Shown here: piece by piece, positions 31,024 through 41,161 of the stretch | Layout: every line of letters starts with the position of its first letter | How positions within the stretch are numbered: the first letter of the stretch is position 1 | Assembly: GCA_943787705.1 (NCBI GenBank) | Contig: CALSNL010000004.1 | Location: 8,158 to 72,157, forward strand | Reading direction: 5' to 3' | DNA length: 64,000 nucleotides | From: an uncultured Pseudomonadales bacterium | GTDB lineage: Bacteria; Pseudomonadota; Gammaproteobacteria; Pseudomonadales; UBA7434 | Translations under genes and position numbers: made by a program | Notes under the pieces: model-generated | The model's input: only the letters and a program-made list of their open reading frames with translations | What the model was told of the DNA's origin: nothing | Database searches by the model: none

Positions 31024-32496
31024 ATGGGAAAACTGGCATCAATACGCTATGACGCATACAATTCGCATATGCCCTATCCGTCTAGCAGTTTCGATCAAAA
31101 CACCACCAAAAACACAATTTGGAGTGTATCCGACCTCAACCAACAGGCGCGAAACTGTTTGGAGAGCGCTTTTAGCGGCGTTCAAGTCGAGGGAGAGATC
31201 TCAGACCTTATCCAACACCGCTCCGGCCACTGGTATTTCACTTTAAAAGATGATGAAGGCCAGCTGCGTGCAGCCATGTTTAGCTTCAAAAACAAGTCTG
31301 TTCGCTTTACACCCGAAAATGGTCAACACGTCATCCTAACGGGAAAGCTTAGTCTTTACGCGCCTCGCGGCAGTTATCAGTTTATTACTGAGCGCATGGC
31401 GCCAGCCGGTGCAGGTCAATTACAGCAAGCATTCGAAAAACTAAAGCGTGAACTTGAAGAGCAAGGGCTGTTTGACCCTGAGCATAAAAAACCACTGCCC
31501 AGCTTTCCCCGACAAGTGGCTATTATCACCTCGCCACAAGGTGCTGCTATTCGTGATATCCAAACCACCTTTGAACGACGCTTTTGCGGCATTCAGCTCA
31601 TCGTGATTCCTGTTGCCGTGCAAGGTGATGGCGCAGCTCAAGCCATTGCCAATGCCATCGACACGGCTAACCGCTGGTCAAAGGATAATCAAGCAAAGGC
31701 TTTATCGGCTACACCAGCGCTTATCTCTACCACCAATGTCAGCCCAGATGCCATTATTGTTGGCCGTGGTGGCGGCTCTATTGAAGATTTATGGGCTTTT
31801 AATGAAGCGGTTGTCGCGCAAGCAATTTTCCGCAGCGAGCTACCCATTATTAGCGCTGTTGGGCATGAAACCGATACCACCATTGCCGATTTTGTTGCCG
31901 ATATCCGCGCGGCAACGCCCACTGCTGCCGCAGAATTACTCAGCCCCGATCGACAAGGCTTGCTGCATCGCGTCAAAAATCTCAGTACGCGACTCAATAC
32001 TTATATCAGCTATCAAATTAACCATGCTCAATTAACGCTGCAATCATTAGCTAAACGCGTTAAACATCCGAGCTATCAATTAGCTCAACATGCACAACGA
32101 CTTGATCAGCTTGATAGTGATATGCAGCGCGCCCTAAACTATCGCTTAGAGCGCAGTCGCGAACAACTGCAGCAACTACAGCAGCGCCTGTTTTTAGCGG
32201 CTCCCGACAAATTGCTTGAGCAACGACAAAAACAGACCCGCCTTCTGCAAGATCGCATGATACGCAGTATTCGAAGTCAGCTTGATAGTCGCCAACAGCA
32301 CTGGCGCCGAGTAGTAGAGACATTAAACGTGGTTAGCCCGCTAGCGACATTAAAGCGCGGCTATGCCATTGTTGAAGACGGTAGCGGCAATATTGTTCGC
32401 TCGCATCAGGCCGTTGCTGTGGGCGATACCATCAATACTCGGCTCGGCGATGGCAGCCTTGACTGCACCGTCATTTCCACGAATACCGACCATTAG
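31024..32496 (+). CDS. xseA: Exodeoxyribonuclease VII large subunit
   Basis: OB-fold N-terminus (VSDLN..VQVEGEIS..SGHWYFTLKD), GRGGGSIEDLWAFNEE-type motif, and a coiled-coil C-terminal half. The true start may be the internal Met in MPYPSS. Confidence 0.9.
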   Translation: MGKLASIRYDAYNSHMPYPSSSFDQNTTKNTIWSVSDLNQQARNCLESAFSGVQVEGEISDLIQHRSGHWYFTLKDDEGQLRAAMFSFKNKSVRFTPENGQHVILTGKLSLYAPRGSYQFITERMAPAGAGQLQQAFEKLKRELEEQGLFDPEHKKPLPSFPRQVAIITSPQGAAIRDIQTTFERRFCGIQLIVIPVAVQGDGAAQAIANAIDTANRWSKDNQAKALSATPALISTTNVSPDAIIVGRGGGSIEDLWAFNEAVVAQAIFRSELPIISAVGHETDTTIADFVADIRAATPTAAAELLSPDRQGLLHRVKNLSTRLNTYISYQINHAQLTLQSLAKRVKHPSYQLAQHAQRLDQLDSDMQRALNYRLERSREQLQQLQQRLFLAAPDKLLEQRQKQTRLLQDRMIRSIRSQLDSRQQHWRRVVETLNVVSPLATLKRGYAIVEDGSGNIVRSHQAVAVGDTINTRLGDGSLDCTVISTNTDH

Positions 32497-32540
32497 CAGC
32501 ACAGAGAACAAAAACGCCTAAAAAAATAGGCTCAAAAAAA

Positions 32541-32566
32541 AGCCCCGCATTGCGGGGCTTTTTTGT
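32541..32566. terminator. Bidirectional intrinsic terminator between xseA and the Crp-family gene
   Basis: A8-GCCCCGC-ATT-GCGGGGC-T6. Confidence 0.85.
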
Positions 32567-32610
32567 TTCGTGTATCAATCAACATTCGTGTATCAATCAA
32601 CAAAAGACGC

Positions 32611-33275
32611 TTAGTAATTAGCGGGCAACCGACGATGAATAACGATATGTCGATTTTCAAAGCTAATATAGCCGCCAATAGTCAGATCTTTAAGTATTCT
32701 CGCGACCATTTCACGTGAAGCACCTACGCGATCGGCAATATCCTGCTGAGTTAACTTCTCTTCAACATAGAACTCATCATTGCGCTCAGTCGCTAAACTG
32801 TTAAGCACTTTAGTCACACGGCCATAAACATCTTGCAGAGCCAGCTTTTGACTTTTTCAGTCAACGCACGAACACGGCGCGTAATGTTGCGAATAAGTGT
32901 TTTAGCAATATTCGGATGCAAATCCAGCACCTGATTAAAGTCCTGCTTATAAATAATACAGAAATCGGCTTTTTCCATGGTGCGAACCGAGGCTGAGCGT
33001 CGATCATCATCTAATAACGCTAATTCGCCAAAGTAATCACCGCCGCCAAGCGTATTCATTATAAATTCTTTGCCGTTTTTATCACTGCAGTAGACTTTAA
33101 CCTTGCCTGATTCGATGACATATAAAGAATCAGCAACGTCATTCTCATTAATGATAACTGTGTTTTTAGGGTAACTTCTGCGAATACTGGATTCTTCTAA
33201 AGCAGCCAATTCCGCATCGGATAGGCCAGAAAAAATTTCAACGCTTTTCAACACACTCACTATGGTTATCTCCAC
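32611..33275 (-). CDS. Crp/Fnr-family cNMP-binding transcription factor, with one frame break at a homopolymer
   Basis: ORF 32814-33275 is the cNMP-binding domain (GDYFGELALLDDDRRSASV). ORF 32611-32817 is the HTH (LTQQDIADRVGASREMVARILKDL). In the alternative frame the junction reads ..EKVK(K)LALQDVYGRVTKVL.., and the break is at the T4/A4 run 32846-32849. Confidence 0.8.
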
Positions 33276-33715
33276 AAGATTTTAATAATCAATTTATAAC
33301 GACAAATTTCTATTCTATTTAACTTTTCTATTCATCTTTTCTATTTTATCTAATCTTCTGCCTTATGTTGCTAATTTACCAACCGGCATTTTAGATCTCA
33401 AACTCGGCAACCAAGGCTAAAACTCACCATGTCCGATTTCGGCATGCAATTCTCGACGATTTCGCCCTGTCTTTTCAAGGCAATACCTAAAAAACGGGGC
33501 AAATATAGCACTTTAATTTCATCCCTCAAAATAAACTCGCACATTTATGCAAGAAAGGCAGTAATTTATCCAAAATCGTCCCCCTTTGATCAAATTTTCT
33601 TAGGTTATCGTCGGTTTAATCGCTTTTGAAACCCTTCGCTATAACGCTATACTAACGACCTTTAACTGAATAGCTTTAATTCAATAGAAAGTGCTGATAA
33701 CCACACTTTAATAAA

Positions 33716-33733
33716 GCCAATATCGATATTGGC
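33716..33733. promoter_or_regulatory. 18-bp perfect palindrome 27 bp upstream of the cyclase gene start (candidate operator)
   Basis: GCCAATATCGATATTGGC is perfectly self-complementary. Confidence 0.4.
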
Positions 33734-33759
33734 AAATCTGTCATTGGAAAAACGCGTCC

Positions 33760-35379
33760 ATGAGTAATGTAGTTCCCACACGCGAGCTCGTTCGACTGCA
33801 AGGCCTTCAAGTGAAGGTCGGCCAGTTGCTGGTTAAAAATAAGTTAAGTGACATGTTAAAAGATGATTTAAGTCGTCTTTATGAAGCCCTTGAGCTCAGT
33901 GTCGCCAAGTTAGATGATCTCAACTTGCAAGGCGTCCCCCTCGATAGCATCGATAGTGCAGAAATGCGCCATGATATTCGCAACGCCATTGGTATTACCA
34001 AAGGCTATGCAGAATTAATTAAAGATACCGCCGAAGCGCCTAGCGCCACATTAAGCAACTTACTCGACAAAATCATGCTTTGGTCGGCAAAGACCATCTC
34101 AACCTTAGAGCGGACCCGACGCAAGCAGACCGACAGTAGCCTTTTCGCCATGACGGCGATCAAACAGCAACATCCTGATCACCGAGGCCATATACTCATT
34201 CTCGATGATGAGCCCGCCAATCGGGAACTCTTGTCTCGTCATATTCAGCAACTGGGGCTAGAAACCTTTGCCTGCGCCACCGCCGACGAAGCCTATGAAG
34301 TATTACGAAGCAATGATATCGATCTTATCCTCCTCGATCTCATTATGCCTGGTGTCAGCGGCCACCAAGTACTCGCCGACCTTAAAGCCTCACAACTATG
34401 GCGTGCGATACCGGTTATTGTCATTTCCGGCATGAGCGATCAAGACGAAGTTATTAAATGCATTCAAGCCGGTGCCGATGACTATTTGCAAAAACCGTTT
34501 AATAAAGTCTTACTGCAGGCCCGCCTACATGCCGGCCTCGATAGAAAACGCTGGGTAGACAAAGAGCGCGACCTCAGCAACGAACTCGAAAAAAGCCATC
34601 GCTTTATCAAAAACACCTTTGGTCGCTATTTATCAACAGAAATTGTTTCCAAGCTACTCGATAAACCCGATGGTTTAGATATGGGTGGCCAGCTTCAAAC
34701 TGTCAGTATATTAATGGCCGATATTCGTGGCTTCACCACCATTAGTGAATCACTCCCGCCGCAAAAAGTCGTTAAAGTCCTTAATAACTATCTAGGCACC
34801 ATGGCCGATATTATTATGGCGCACGACGGCACTGTGGATGAATTTATTGGCGATGCCATACTCGCCCTATTCGGCGCACCCGTAGCCAAAGCCGATGATA
34901 GCGATAGAGCCATTGCCTGTGCACTCGCCATGCAAGCCGAAATGGACGCCATTAACGAAAGAAACATCGCTGAGGGATTACCCAGTATCCGTATTGGCAT
35001 TGGCATCAACACGGGAGAAGTGGTCGCCGGCAATATTGGCTCTAAAAAACGCGCAAAGTATGGCGTTGTTGGTCATGCGGTCAATGTGACCTCGCGTGTC
35101 GAAGACCAAACGCAACCCGGTGAAATACTCGTGGCACAATCGACACTTGACCATTGCAGCCTCAGCTTACAAACAGGTAGAGAGCTTAGGCTTCAGCCTA
35201 AGGGTGTTAAGGAAACCATTAGCGTAACGGCTATTAATGGTATAGATAGTCATGTGATTAATGGTGACGATTCTAAAAACGATTCTAAAAACAATGCTAA
35301 AAACGATGCTGAACACATCGAATCTAACGACACTGTTTCTAATGACACTCGATCTAACAACAAATTAGCTAACGAATAA
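33760..35379 (+). CDS. Response-regulator receiver fused to a class III adenylate/guanylate cyclase, with an N-terminal H-box-like (DHp) segment
   Basis: 539 aa: EMRHDIRNAIGITKGYAELI (HisKA-like H-box, no ATPase domain), REC (ILILDDEPANREL..DLILLDLIMPGVSG..K), and cyclase (LMADIRGFTTISE, FIGDAILALFGAP, GINTGEVVAGNIG). It ends in a low-complexity N/D/S/K tail. Confidence 0.8.
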   Translation: MSNVVPTRELVRLQGLQVKVGQLLVKNKLSDMLKDDLSRLYEALELSVAKLDDLNLQGVPLDSIDSAEMRHDIRNAIGITKGYAELIKDTAEAPSATLSNLLDKIMLWSAKTISTLERTRRKQTDSSLFAMTAIKQQHPDHRGHILILDDEPANRELLSRHIQQLGLETFACATADEAYEVLRSNDIDLILLDLIMPGVSGHQVLADLKASQLWRAIPVIVISGMSDQDEVIKCIQAGADDYLQKPFNKVLLQARLHAGLDRKRWVDKERDLSNELEKSHRFIKNTFGRYLSTEIVSKLLDKPDGLDMGGQLQTVSILMADIRGFTTISESLPPQKVVKVLNNYLGTMADIIMAHDGTVDEFIGDAILALFGAPVAKADDSDRAIACALAMQAEMDAINERNIAEGLPSIRIGIGINTGEVVAGNIGSKKRAKYGVVGHAVNVTSRVEDQTQPGEILVAQSTLDHCSLSLQTGRELRLQPKGVKETISVTAINGIDSHVINGDDSKNDSKNNAKNDAEHIESNDTVSNDTRSNNKLANE

Positions 35380-35393
35380 TACAAGACGAAATT

Positions 35394-35759
35394 ATGACCC
35401 GCATACTCCTAGTTGAAGATAACGAAATGAATCGCGACATGTTGACGCGACGCTTAGAGCGCAAAGGCTTTACGATTGAAGCCGCCGGTGATGGTGAAGA
35501 AGCACTTAAAAAGATTGCCGCCTCACAACCCGATCTTGTCTTAATGGATATGAACTTACCTATTTTGAATGGCTGGGCAACCTGTCGCGAATTGCGCGCC
35601 AACCCGGCAACAGAGTCGTTACCTATTATTGCGCTAACCGCACACGCCATGGCCGAAGATGAACAAAAAGCACGAGCAGCGGGTTGCAACGACTATACAA
35701 CCAAACCCATTGACTTCCCTTTACTGCTCGCCAAAATTGATAACTTACTGACAGCTTAA
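35394..35759 (+). CDS. Single-domain CheY-like response regulator
   Basis: 121 aa: ILLVEDNEMNR.., DLVLMDMNLP.., ALTAHA.., TKP. Confidence 0.9.
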   Translation: MTRILLVEDNEMNRDMLTRRLERKGFTIEAAGDGEEALKKIAASQPDLVLMDMNLPILNGWATCRELRANPATESLPIIALTAHAMAEDEQKARAAGCNDYTTKPIDFPLLLAKIDNLLTA

Positions 35760-35814
35760 TGACTATGCTTTTAACGGCTGTTTTTATAACGACTAATAAA
35801 CGGATACACTTTTT

Positions 35815-38244
35815 GTGATTTCCCTACCAAGACTAACACTGCGCCTGCGACTCTCAATTTCAATTATTGCGATTGTGGCGTTATTTACACTGACTAACCT
35901 CACCTACCAACTCAGTAGTGAAAATCGTAATCTACGACTCGATAACTTACAAAACGCCGTTGCCAGTCAACTCGCCACCGTCACCATTCGACAATTATTA
36001 GAAAACCAAGAAAAAGAAATTCTAGTCTTAGACGCCTTAAAAGATGGCGGCAAAGAGCAGCTGAGTAAAGAAGAAATTCAGAACGGCCGATCCGACTTAA
36101 GCAGCCTGCAAGCGGAAATACGCCGTTTAAAACCCTATGTTTATGCCGAAACCGTTGATAGCTACAACACACTTTTAGCGGGATACGATGCGCTTCATGA
36201 TGGCTGGTACCGATTTTATGTTGGCTATAATAACAACCAAACACCCTCTACCATTAAAATTGAGCGCGCATTTGCTAATACCATGCAATTGCTTAGCGAT
36301 TTTGAATCCTTAGAAATTCTAGCCGCTGAACAACAAACCTTAGACTTACAAAAAACCGTGCGCTTTACCGATCGCATTACATTGACCATCTATTTATTTA
36401 CTATTGCACTCACCGTCAGTCTTGGCTATTTATTAATTCGCTATACCAATCGATCGTTAAACGAACTTAATCTCGGTACTGTGCGCATAGGTGGCGGGGA
36501 TCTCAAATACCATATACCTGTTAACAATGATGACGAAATTGGTGACCTGACTATCGCCTTTAATGAAATGTCAGATAAGTTAAGCAACGCCATGGCACAG
36601 GTCCAGCAATCGAAAGAAAAAGCCGACCAAGCCAACCGCTCAAAGACCAACTTCCTTGCCAATATGAGCCATGAACTTCGCACGCCACTGAATGCCATTA
36701 TTGGCTATAGTGAAATGATTATTGAAGATTATCGCGAAGAAAAAGCCTTAGACGCCGAGCAAGCCGTCGAAGATTTAGCACGTATTCTTAGCTCAGGTCG
36801 CCACCTTCTGCAATTAATTAATGATGTACTCGATTTAGCCAAAATCGAATCTGGCAACATGACGGTATTTAATGAGACCTTTGATAGTGTTGATATTATC
36901 GAAGAGCTAATGAGCACCATGGCGCCGATTGCAAAAAAAGGCGACAACTTATTAGTGTTAGAAAAATCTCAAGACATCCCACATCTTTATAATGATGCCG
37001 TTAAATTCCGTCAGCTATTTTTAAACCTATTAAGTAATGCCTGTAAGTTTACCCATAATGGCAAAATCACTATTCTTGTTACCTATAACGCAAAGACACG
37101 TCATGCGGTTTATCACGTCAGTGATACGGGTATCGGCATGACACCGTCACAATTAACGCGTGTCTTTGAAGCCTTTGTTCAAGCCGACTCTAGCACCTCG
37201 AAAAAATACGGTGGCACAGGGCTTGGCTTATCCATCTGCAAACAATTTGTTGAGTTAATGGATGGCTCCATGGATGTCACCAGCGCAGAAGGTGAAGGTA
37301 CAACGTTTACTATATTACTGCCTACTCGCGCGCCCATTCAAAAACGCACCGATGCCATACCAGCAGAAAACCAACAAGAGTTAAGTTTAGATCTTAAAGC
37401 ATCCAGCAGCAGTGAAACCACCAGCGTTTCTGAAGAAGATGCCCTAGGCCGTGTGCTGGTAATAGATGATGATCCTGAATCACGACAGCTACTGTTACGC
37501 CATCTCGAAAAAGAAAACTACATTGGTTTAGAAGCCAGTGATGCAAAACAAGGTATTGCAATAGCCAACGAACAACAACCCGATTTGATTTTACTGGATT
37601 TAATGATGCCCAACATTGATGGTTGGACGGCATTATCGGTATTAAAAGAATCGCCGAGCACACGACATATTCCCGTCATATTACAATCCATGCTCGATGA
37701 AAAAAATCTTGGTTTAGATTTAGGTGCAGCAGAATTCTTACCCAAGCCGGTTGATCGTCAACGTATGGCGACAATACTACGCCACCTCAACCCTCAAGAT
37801 CGTCGTGGCGCTGCATTATTAATTGCACCAGAAACAGAGTCACGAAAATTATTGCTTGAAGAATTAACCGATGAAGCATGGCAATGCATGGTGGCAACAT
37901 CAATGGCGCAAGTCATTGAACGTATTCAGCAAAAATCACCCGATATCATTTTTATTGGCCTAGGCATGCCCTATGATAGCGTGCTAGAAATACTGGCTAT
38001 GTTAAACGGTAAGTTAAACGATGGGTTAAACGCTAAACTAAGCGACAACATCGATGCATCCACAGACAGCACAGAAGACGCATTAGCATCATTAGCAACA
38101 GCAATAACAGCGCCTATTTATGTGGTCAGCGAAACACCATTGGGCAGTAGTCAATCACGTCGACTCGACCTGCCCGCTGACCAAATTATTTTATTTAATA
38201 AAGATGACAAAAGTAATCTAGAGAAAATATTAAACTTGAGCTAA
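35815..38244 (+). CDS. Hybrid sensor histidine kinase (TM-HAMP-HisKA-HATPase-REC plus a degenerate REC-like domain)
   Basis: 809 aa with a GTG start. Motifs: H-box [17 protein letters not shown]-box LLSNACKF, G-boxes DTGIGM / GGTGLGLSI, and REC ([22 protein letters not shown]). The final ~130 aa is REC-like but has IFIGLGMP where the acceptor Asp is expected. Confidence 0.85.
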   Translation: MISLPRLTLRLRLSISIIAIVALFTLTNLTYQLSSENRNLRLDNLQNAVASQLATVTIRQLLENQEKEILVLDALKDGGKEQLSKEEIQNGRSDLSSLQAEIRRLKPYVYAETVDSYNTLLAGYDALHDGWYRFYVGYNNNQTPSTIKIERAFANTMQLLSDFESLEILAAEQQTLDLQKTVRFTDRITLTIYLFTIALTVSLGYLLIRYTNRSLNELNLGTVRIGGGDLKYHIPVNNDDEIGDLTIAFNEMSDKLSNAMAQVQQSKEKADQANRSKTNFLANMSHELRTPLNAIIGYSEMIIEDYREEKALDAEQAVEDLARILSSGRHLLQLINDVLDLAKIESGNMTVFNETFDSVDIIEELMSTMAPIAKKGDNLLVLEKSQDIPHLYNDAVKFRQLFLNLLSNACKFTHNGKITILVTYNAKTRHAVYHVSDTGIGMTPSQLTRVFEAFVQADSSTSKKYGGTGLGLSICKQFVELMDGSMDVTSAEGEGTTFTILLPTRAPIQKRTDAIPAENQQELSLDLKASSSSETTSVSEEDALGRVLVIDDDPESRQLLLRHLEKENYIGLEASDAKQGIAIANEQQPDLILLDLMMPNIDGWTALSVLKESPSTRHIPVILQSMLDEKNLGLDLGAAEFLPKPVDRQRMATILRHLNPQDRRGAALLIAPETESRKLLLEELTDEAWQCMVATSMAQVIERIQQKSPDIIFIGLGMPYDSVLEILAMLNGKLNDGLNAKLSDNIDASTDSTEDALASLATAITAPIYVVSETPLGSSQSRRLDLPADQIILFNKDDKSNLEKILNLS

Positions 38245-38306
38245 ACCGTTAGTGCTGTTAATTATCTAGGCATCAATTGGATACTCTTCATTTATTATTT
38301 AGCTAC

Positions 38307-38762
38307 TCACTTTTTAGGTCTAAAGGTATCACTATTACTAATCATATGATCCCACTCAAACTGCGCATTAGCTAACACCAAATTCCATATCATAGACAAG
38401 GTTGGAATGCCGTCTTTGATTGCACAACCACCCGCCCAAGAACTAAGACTGCCATACTCATCCCAATTAACCGCAAAAGTCACTGCTGTAATATGATCCA
38501 AACCCTCTAGCGGCGAGGCATCATTCACCCAGCCCATCACAACAAACGTTTCACCACCGGCTTGATCAGACGAAACAAAATGCCCCGATAGTTGCCCATT
38601 GCCTTTAATATTCGAAATAATCAATGTTGAGCCTAGCTCGTTAAACCACTGCCCTTTTAAATTCTGACAAGTCGGCGTAGCCGCATAAACCGTATTCATA
38701 AAACACAGTGCATAACTCGATAATATGATTTTAATGCATCCAAAACGCTTGGATATTTTCAT
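38307..38762 (-). CDS. Avidin/streptavidin-family (biotin-binding-fold) secreted protein
   Basis: 151 aa with a signal peptide (..NTVYA). The mature part aligns along its length with chicken avidin as I remember it: C-x4-G-x-W-x-N-x-LGS, SG.F(Y in avidin).S, F.VNW, the second Cys in WAGGC (avidin TGQC), WNL, and DTF near the C-terminus. Confidence 0.8.
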   Translation of the reverse strand: MKISKRFGCIKIILSSYALCFMNTVYAATPTCQNLKGQWFNELGSTLIISNIKGNGQLSGHFVSSDQAGGETFVVMGWVNDASPLEGLDHITAVTFAVNWDEYGSLSSWAGGCAIKDGIPTLSMIWNLVLANAQFEWDHMISNSDTFRPKK

Positions 38763-39100
38763 AAATTCCTCCGTAAATTTTATCTAACAACAATCCATAG
38801 GTCGTACGTACTAAATCCGCGCGAAATACTATAACTCACTCATCAACTTTGCACTGCCTAGTTCAAAAAAAGAGCGTTAATAAGTAACGAAAACGAGAGG
38901 TAGTCGTCAATAGCAAAACACTTTAAAAAAAAAGATACATATCTGAAGAAAACGGAAAAACTGAATAGCCGTTGAAGATAAATTTAATCGCTAATAACCG
39001 GGTAAAAGAAGTGCTGAAAAAACTATAGAAATTAACAGGGATAAAAAAATTATTTTTTATAACATTAAAGTGTGCGTTTAAAATAACGCCGTAAAGCCGA

Positions 39101-39138
39101 CACAAAATATCCGCGAGCAAGCCCTCTTATTCGCGGAT
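39101..39138 (-). terminator. Possible terminator after the redoxin gene
   Basis: ATCCGCGA-(14 nt)-TCGCGGAT stem-loop followed on the minus strand by ATTTTGTG. The T-tract is weak. Confidence 0.35.
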
Positions 39139-39198
39139 ACCAGTACCTATAAAGCAAGAAGCAGAGTAAGCCCCAGCAAGATAGTTAGATCAAAATAG

Positions 39199-39804
39199 CT
39201 ATAAATATAGCTCAATCACTTGCTGAAGTTGGGCCGCCGAAGGTCGTTGACGATAATTTTCACCGGCAAAGAACCAGACAACATTACCTTCAGCATTAAT
39301 CAATACAACCGCAGGATGCGGTATAGATTCATCACGCTGCACGCCATAGGCATTAGCTATCGTTAAATCTTGATCGCTGACAAAGACATAGGGCTGATCA
39401 AACTTAGCGGCTAGCTCTTGAGAATCGGCAGAAAGATCAGGGCTAATAGCCAACAACTGTATACCCTGCGCTTTAAGCGTTGGGAATAAGTTCTGAATAT
39501 CATCTAAATGACTGACACAAAAAGGACACCAGTTGCCGCGATAAAATACTAACAATACCGGCTGCTTAGGCTGAAAAGACGACAAAGTAATCGTATTACC
39601 TTCGGCATCAACACTGCTAAAGTCTGGCGCCGGCTCACCGACTTGAAGGTTAATCGTTACATCGCCATAAGTCATGGAGTGATTAATGGCTTCATCGGGT
39701 ACGGCTTTATTATTACAACCGAATAAACTGAGCATAAAGAAGCTTGCCGCTATAAACGCCGCAAAGCGAGAGATCATGCGCTGACTGAATAGAAGAGTAA
39801 ACAT
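39199..39804 (-). CDS. Redoxin/AhpC-TSA family thiol peroxidase-like lipoprotein
   Basis: 201 aa with lipobox-like LSLFGC. ..APDFSSVDAEGN..VLLVFYRGNWCPFC.. is typical of the thioredoxin-fold peroxiredoxin family. Confidence 0.75.
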   Translation of the reverse strand: MFTLLFSQRMISRFAAFIAASFFMLSLFGCNNKAVPDEAINHSMTYGDVTINLQVGEPAPDFSSVDAEGNTITLSSFQPKQPVLLVFYRGNWCPFCVSHLDDIQNLFPTLKAQGIQLLAISPDLSADSQELAAKFDQPYVFVSDQDLTIANAYGVQRDESIPHPAVVLINAEGNVVWFFAGENYRQRPSAAQLQQVIELYL

Positions 39805-39848
39805 GATGATTTTCCTTTGGATGGCTTTTAAATGAATTTTTTTATCGG

Positions 39849-40283
39849 TTAATATAGACCTTTCGCAATCAGTAAAAGTTTCTGCTTCTTAGACAATTTC
39901 TTTATCGCACTTTCGGCAATACTCGCGGTAGAACGATTCAGCATTTGCTGCTGAAAAACCAGCTTTAAAGGGCCCTTGCCACGTAGCGCTTTAGCGCCTT
40001 TAATGCCACCTTCGCTGTGTTCAGCAAAACGTCGATTAACATCGGTTGTGATTCCCGTATAGACGCGACCATCTGCATACTCAACCATATACAAAAACCA
40101 TTCAGTTGCTATTACGGATTCGTTCTCTGACACCTTCTTGGGCAGCTTCTTTGATTCTTTCTTAGGTGCTTTCTTAGATGCTTTCTTAGATGGTTTCTTT
40201 GCCAGCTTGTTTACTACCTTCTTGGCTGCTGTGACTGGCTTTATAGTTGATGTCGTAGTTGATGTCGTAGTTGATGAAGTCAT
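39849..40283 (-). CDS. GIY-YIG (YhbQ/UPF0213-like) nuclease-domain protein with a Thr/Ser- and Lys-rich N-terminal extension
   Basis: Core: WFLYMVEYADGRVYTGITTDVNRRFAEH. The N-terminus reads TSSTTTSTTTST..KKPSKKASKKAPKKESKKLPKK. ATG at 40283 overlaps the upstream MBL stop as ATGA; the ORF track extends to GTG at 40301. Confidence 0.7.
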   Translation of the reverse strand: MTSSTTTSTTTSTIKPVTAAKKVVNKLAKKPSKKASKKAPKKESKKLPKKVSENESVIATEWFLYMVEYADGRVYTGITTDVNRRFAEHSEGGIKGAKALRGKGPLKLVFQQQMLNRSTASIAESAIKKLSKKQKLLLIAKGLY

Positions 40284-41158
40284 AGTGACAGTAGCCGCCA
40301 CTGTTGCTTATTCCCTTCGCCCACACTAACCGCCCGGCACTCTTGCTCTAACTTAATAAGGTGCGCTAATAACGACAATTGAGCATAGTCATGAAGTGAC
40401 ACGTCAACATCATCATAAACCTGAGTCACTAGCCTCGCTAAATTAACAGCAGAGTTCACGGCAAGCTTTTCAATCACCTTTGCCTCTCGAGCAAGCCGAT
40501 GCTCAACCAGCCATCGCAGTGTCTCTAAGGGACGGCCCATCAATTCGCCATGAGCGGGCGCAATTTTTAATAGTGGGTAAGTTTCGAGTAACTGCAAAGA
40601 GGCGATATAAGCCTGCATATCGCCACTGGGCGGCACTATCACCACGGTAGAACCATTCATAATATGGTCACCAGCGAGTAATACGCCCTCTTCTTCTAAT
40701 AAAAAACATAAATGATTACTAACATGACCCGGCGTATGAATAGCGCGCAGATGAAAGTCATCGGCGATAATCACATCATCATGTTGCATTGCCCAGTCAG
40801 GCTTAAAAGTATTATCTTGAAAAAGATCATCAGCAGGTGGCATACCGACTATTTGTGCGCCCGTGGCTTTAGCAAGGGGAGCAATTGCCGGTGAATGATC
40901 AAGATGCGTATGCGTAACGACCAGCCATTTAATACGATCGCCGACACTGTCGAGAATCGTATCAATATGTGATGACATAGCAGCATTAAGGCCAGAACCA
41001 GAGCCAGGAAAAGGCCCAGGGTCAACAATGGCAATATCTTTATTGCCTAAGATATAAGTGTTGGTACCAGCCCCAGTCATAAGACCGGGGTTGGGTGCGG
41101 TTATACGGCGCAGACGATCACTTAAACGAACAATATTGCCATGCGCTAAACTCGACAT
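40280..41158 (-). CDS. Metallo-beta-lactamase-fold hydrolase
   Basis: 292 aa: VVTHTHLDH motif, downstream HTPGH, and GD.I. Confidence 0.8.
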   Translation of the reverse strand: MSSLAHGNIVRLSDRLRRITAPNPGLMTGAGTNTYILGNKDIAIVDPGPFPGSGSGLNAAMSSHIDTILDSVGDRIKWLVVTHTHLDHSPAIAPLAKATGAQIVGMPPADDLFQDNTFKPDWAMQHDDVIIADDFHLRAIHTPGHVSNHLCFLLEEEGVLLAGDHIMNGSTVVIVPPSGDMQAYIASLQLLETYPLLKIAPAHGELMGRPLETLRWLVEHRLAREAKVIEKLAVNSAVNLARLVTQVYDDVDVSLHDYAQLSLLAHLIKLEQECRAVSVGEGNKQQWRLLSL

Positions 41159-41161
41159 AAA

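Noticed and set aside
33585-33594. TTTGATCAAA palindrome considered as an FNR/CRP box for the adjacent Crp-family regulator.
   Set aside because: It lacks the N4/N6 spacer of the TTGAT-N4-ATCAA or TGTGA-N6-TCACA consensus. A 10-bp AT-rich palindrome is easily found by chance in this AT-rich spacer.
38923-39120. 65-aa minus-strand ORF in the AT-rich spacer between the avidin-like and redoxin genes.
   Set aside because: It has a Phe/Asn/Ile-rich composition typical of AT-rich non-coding DNA, with no RBS and no motif.
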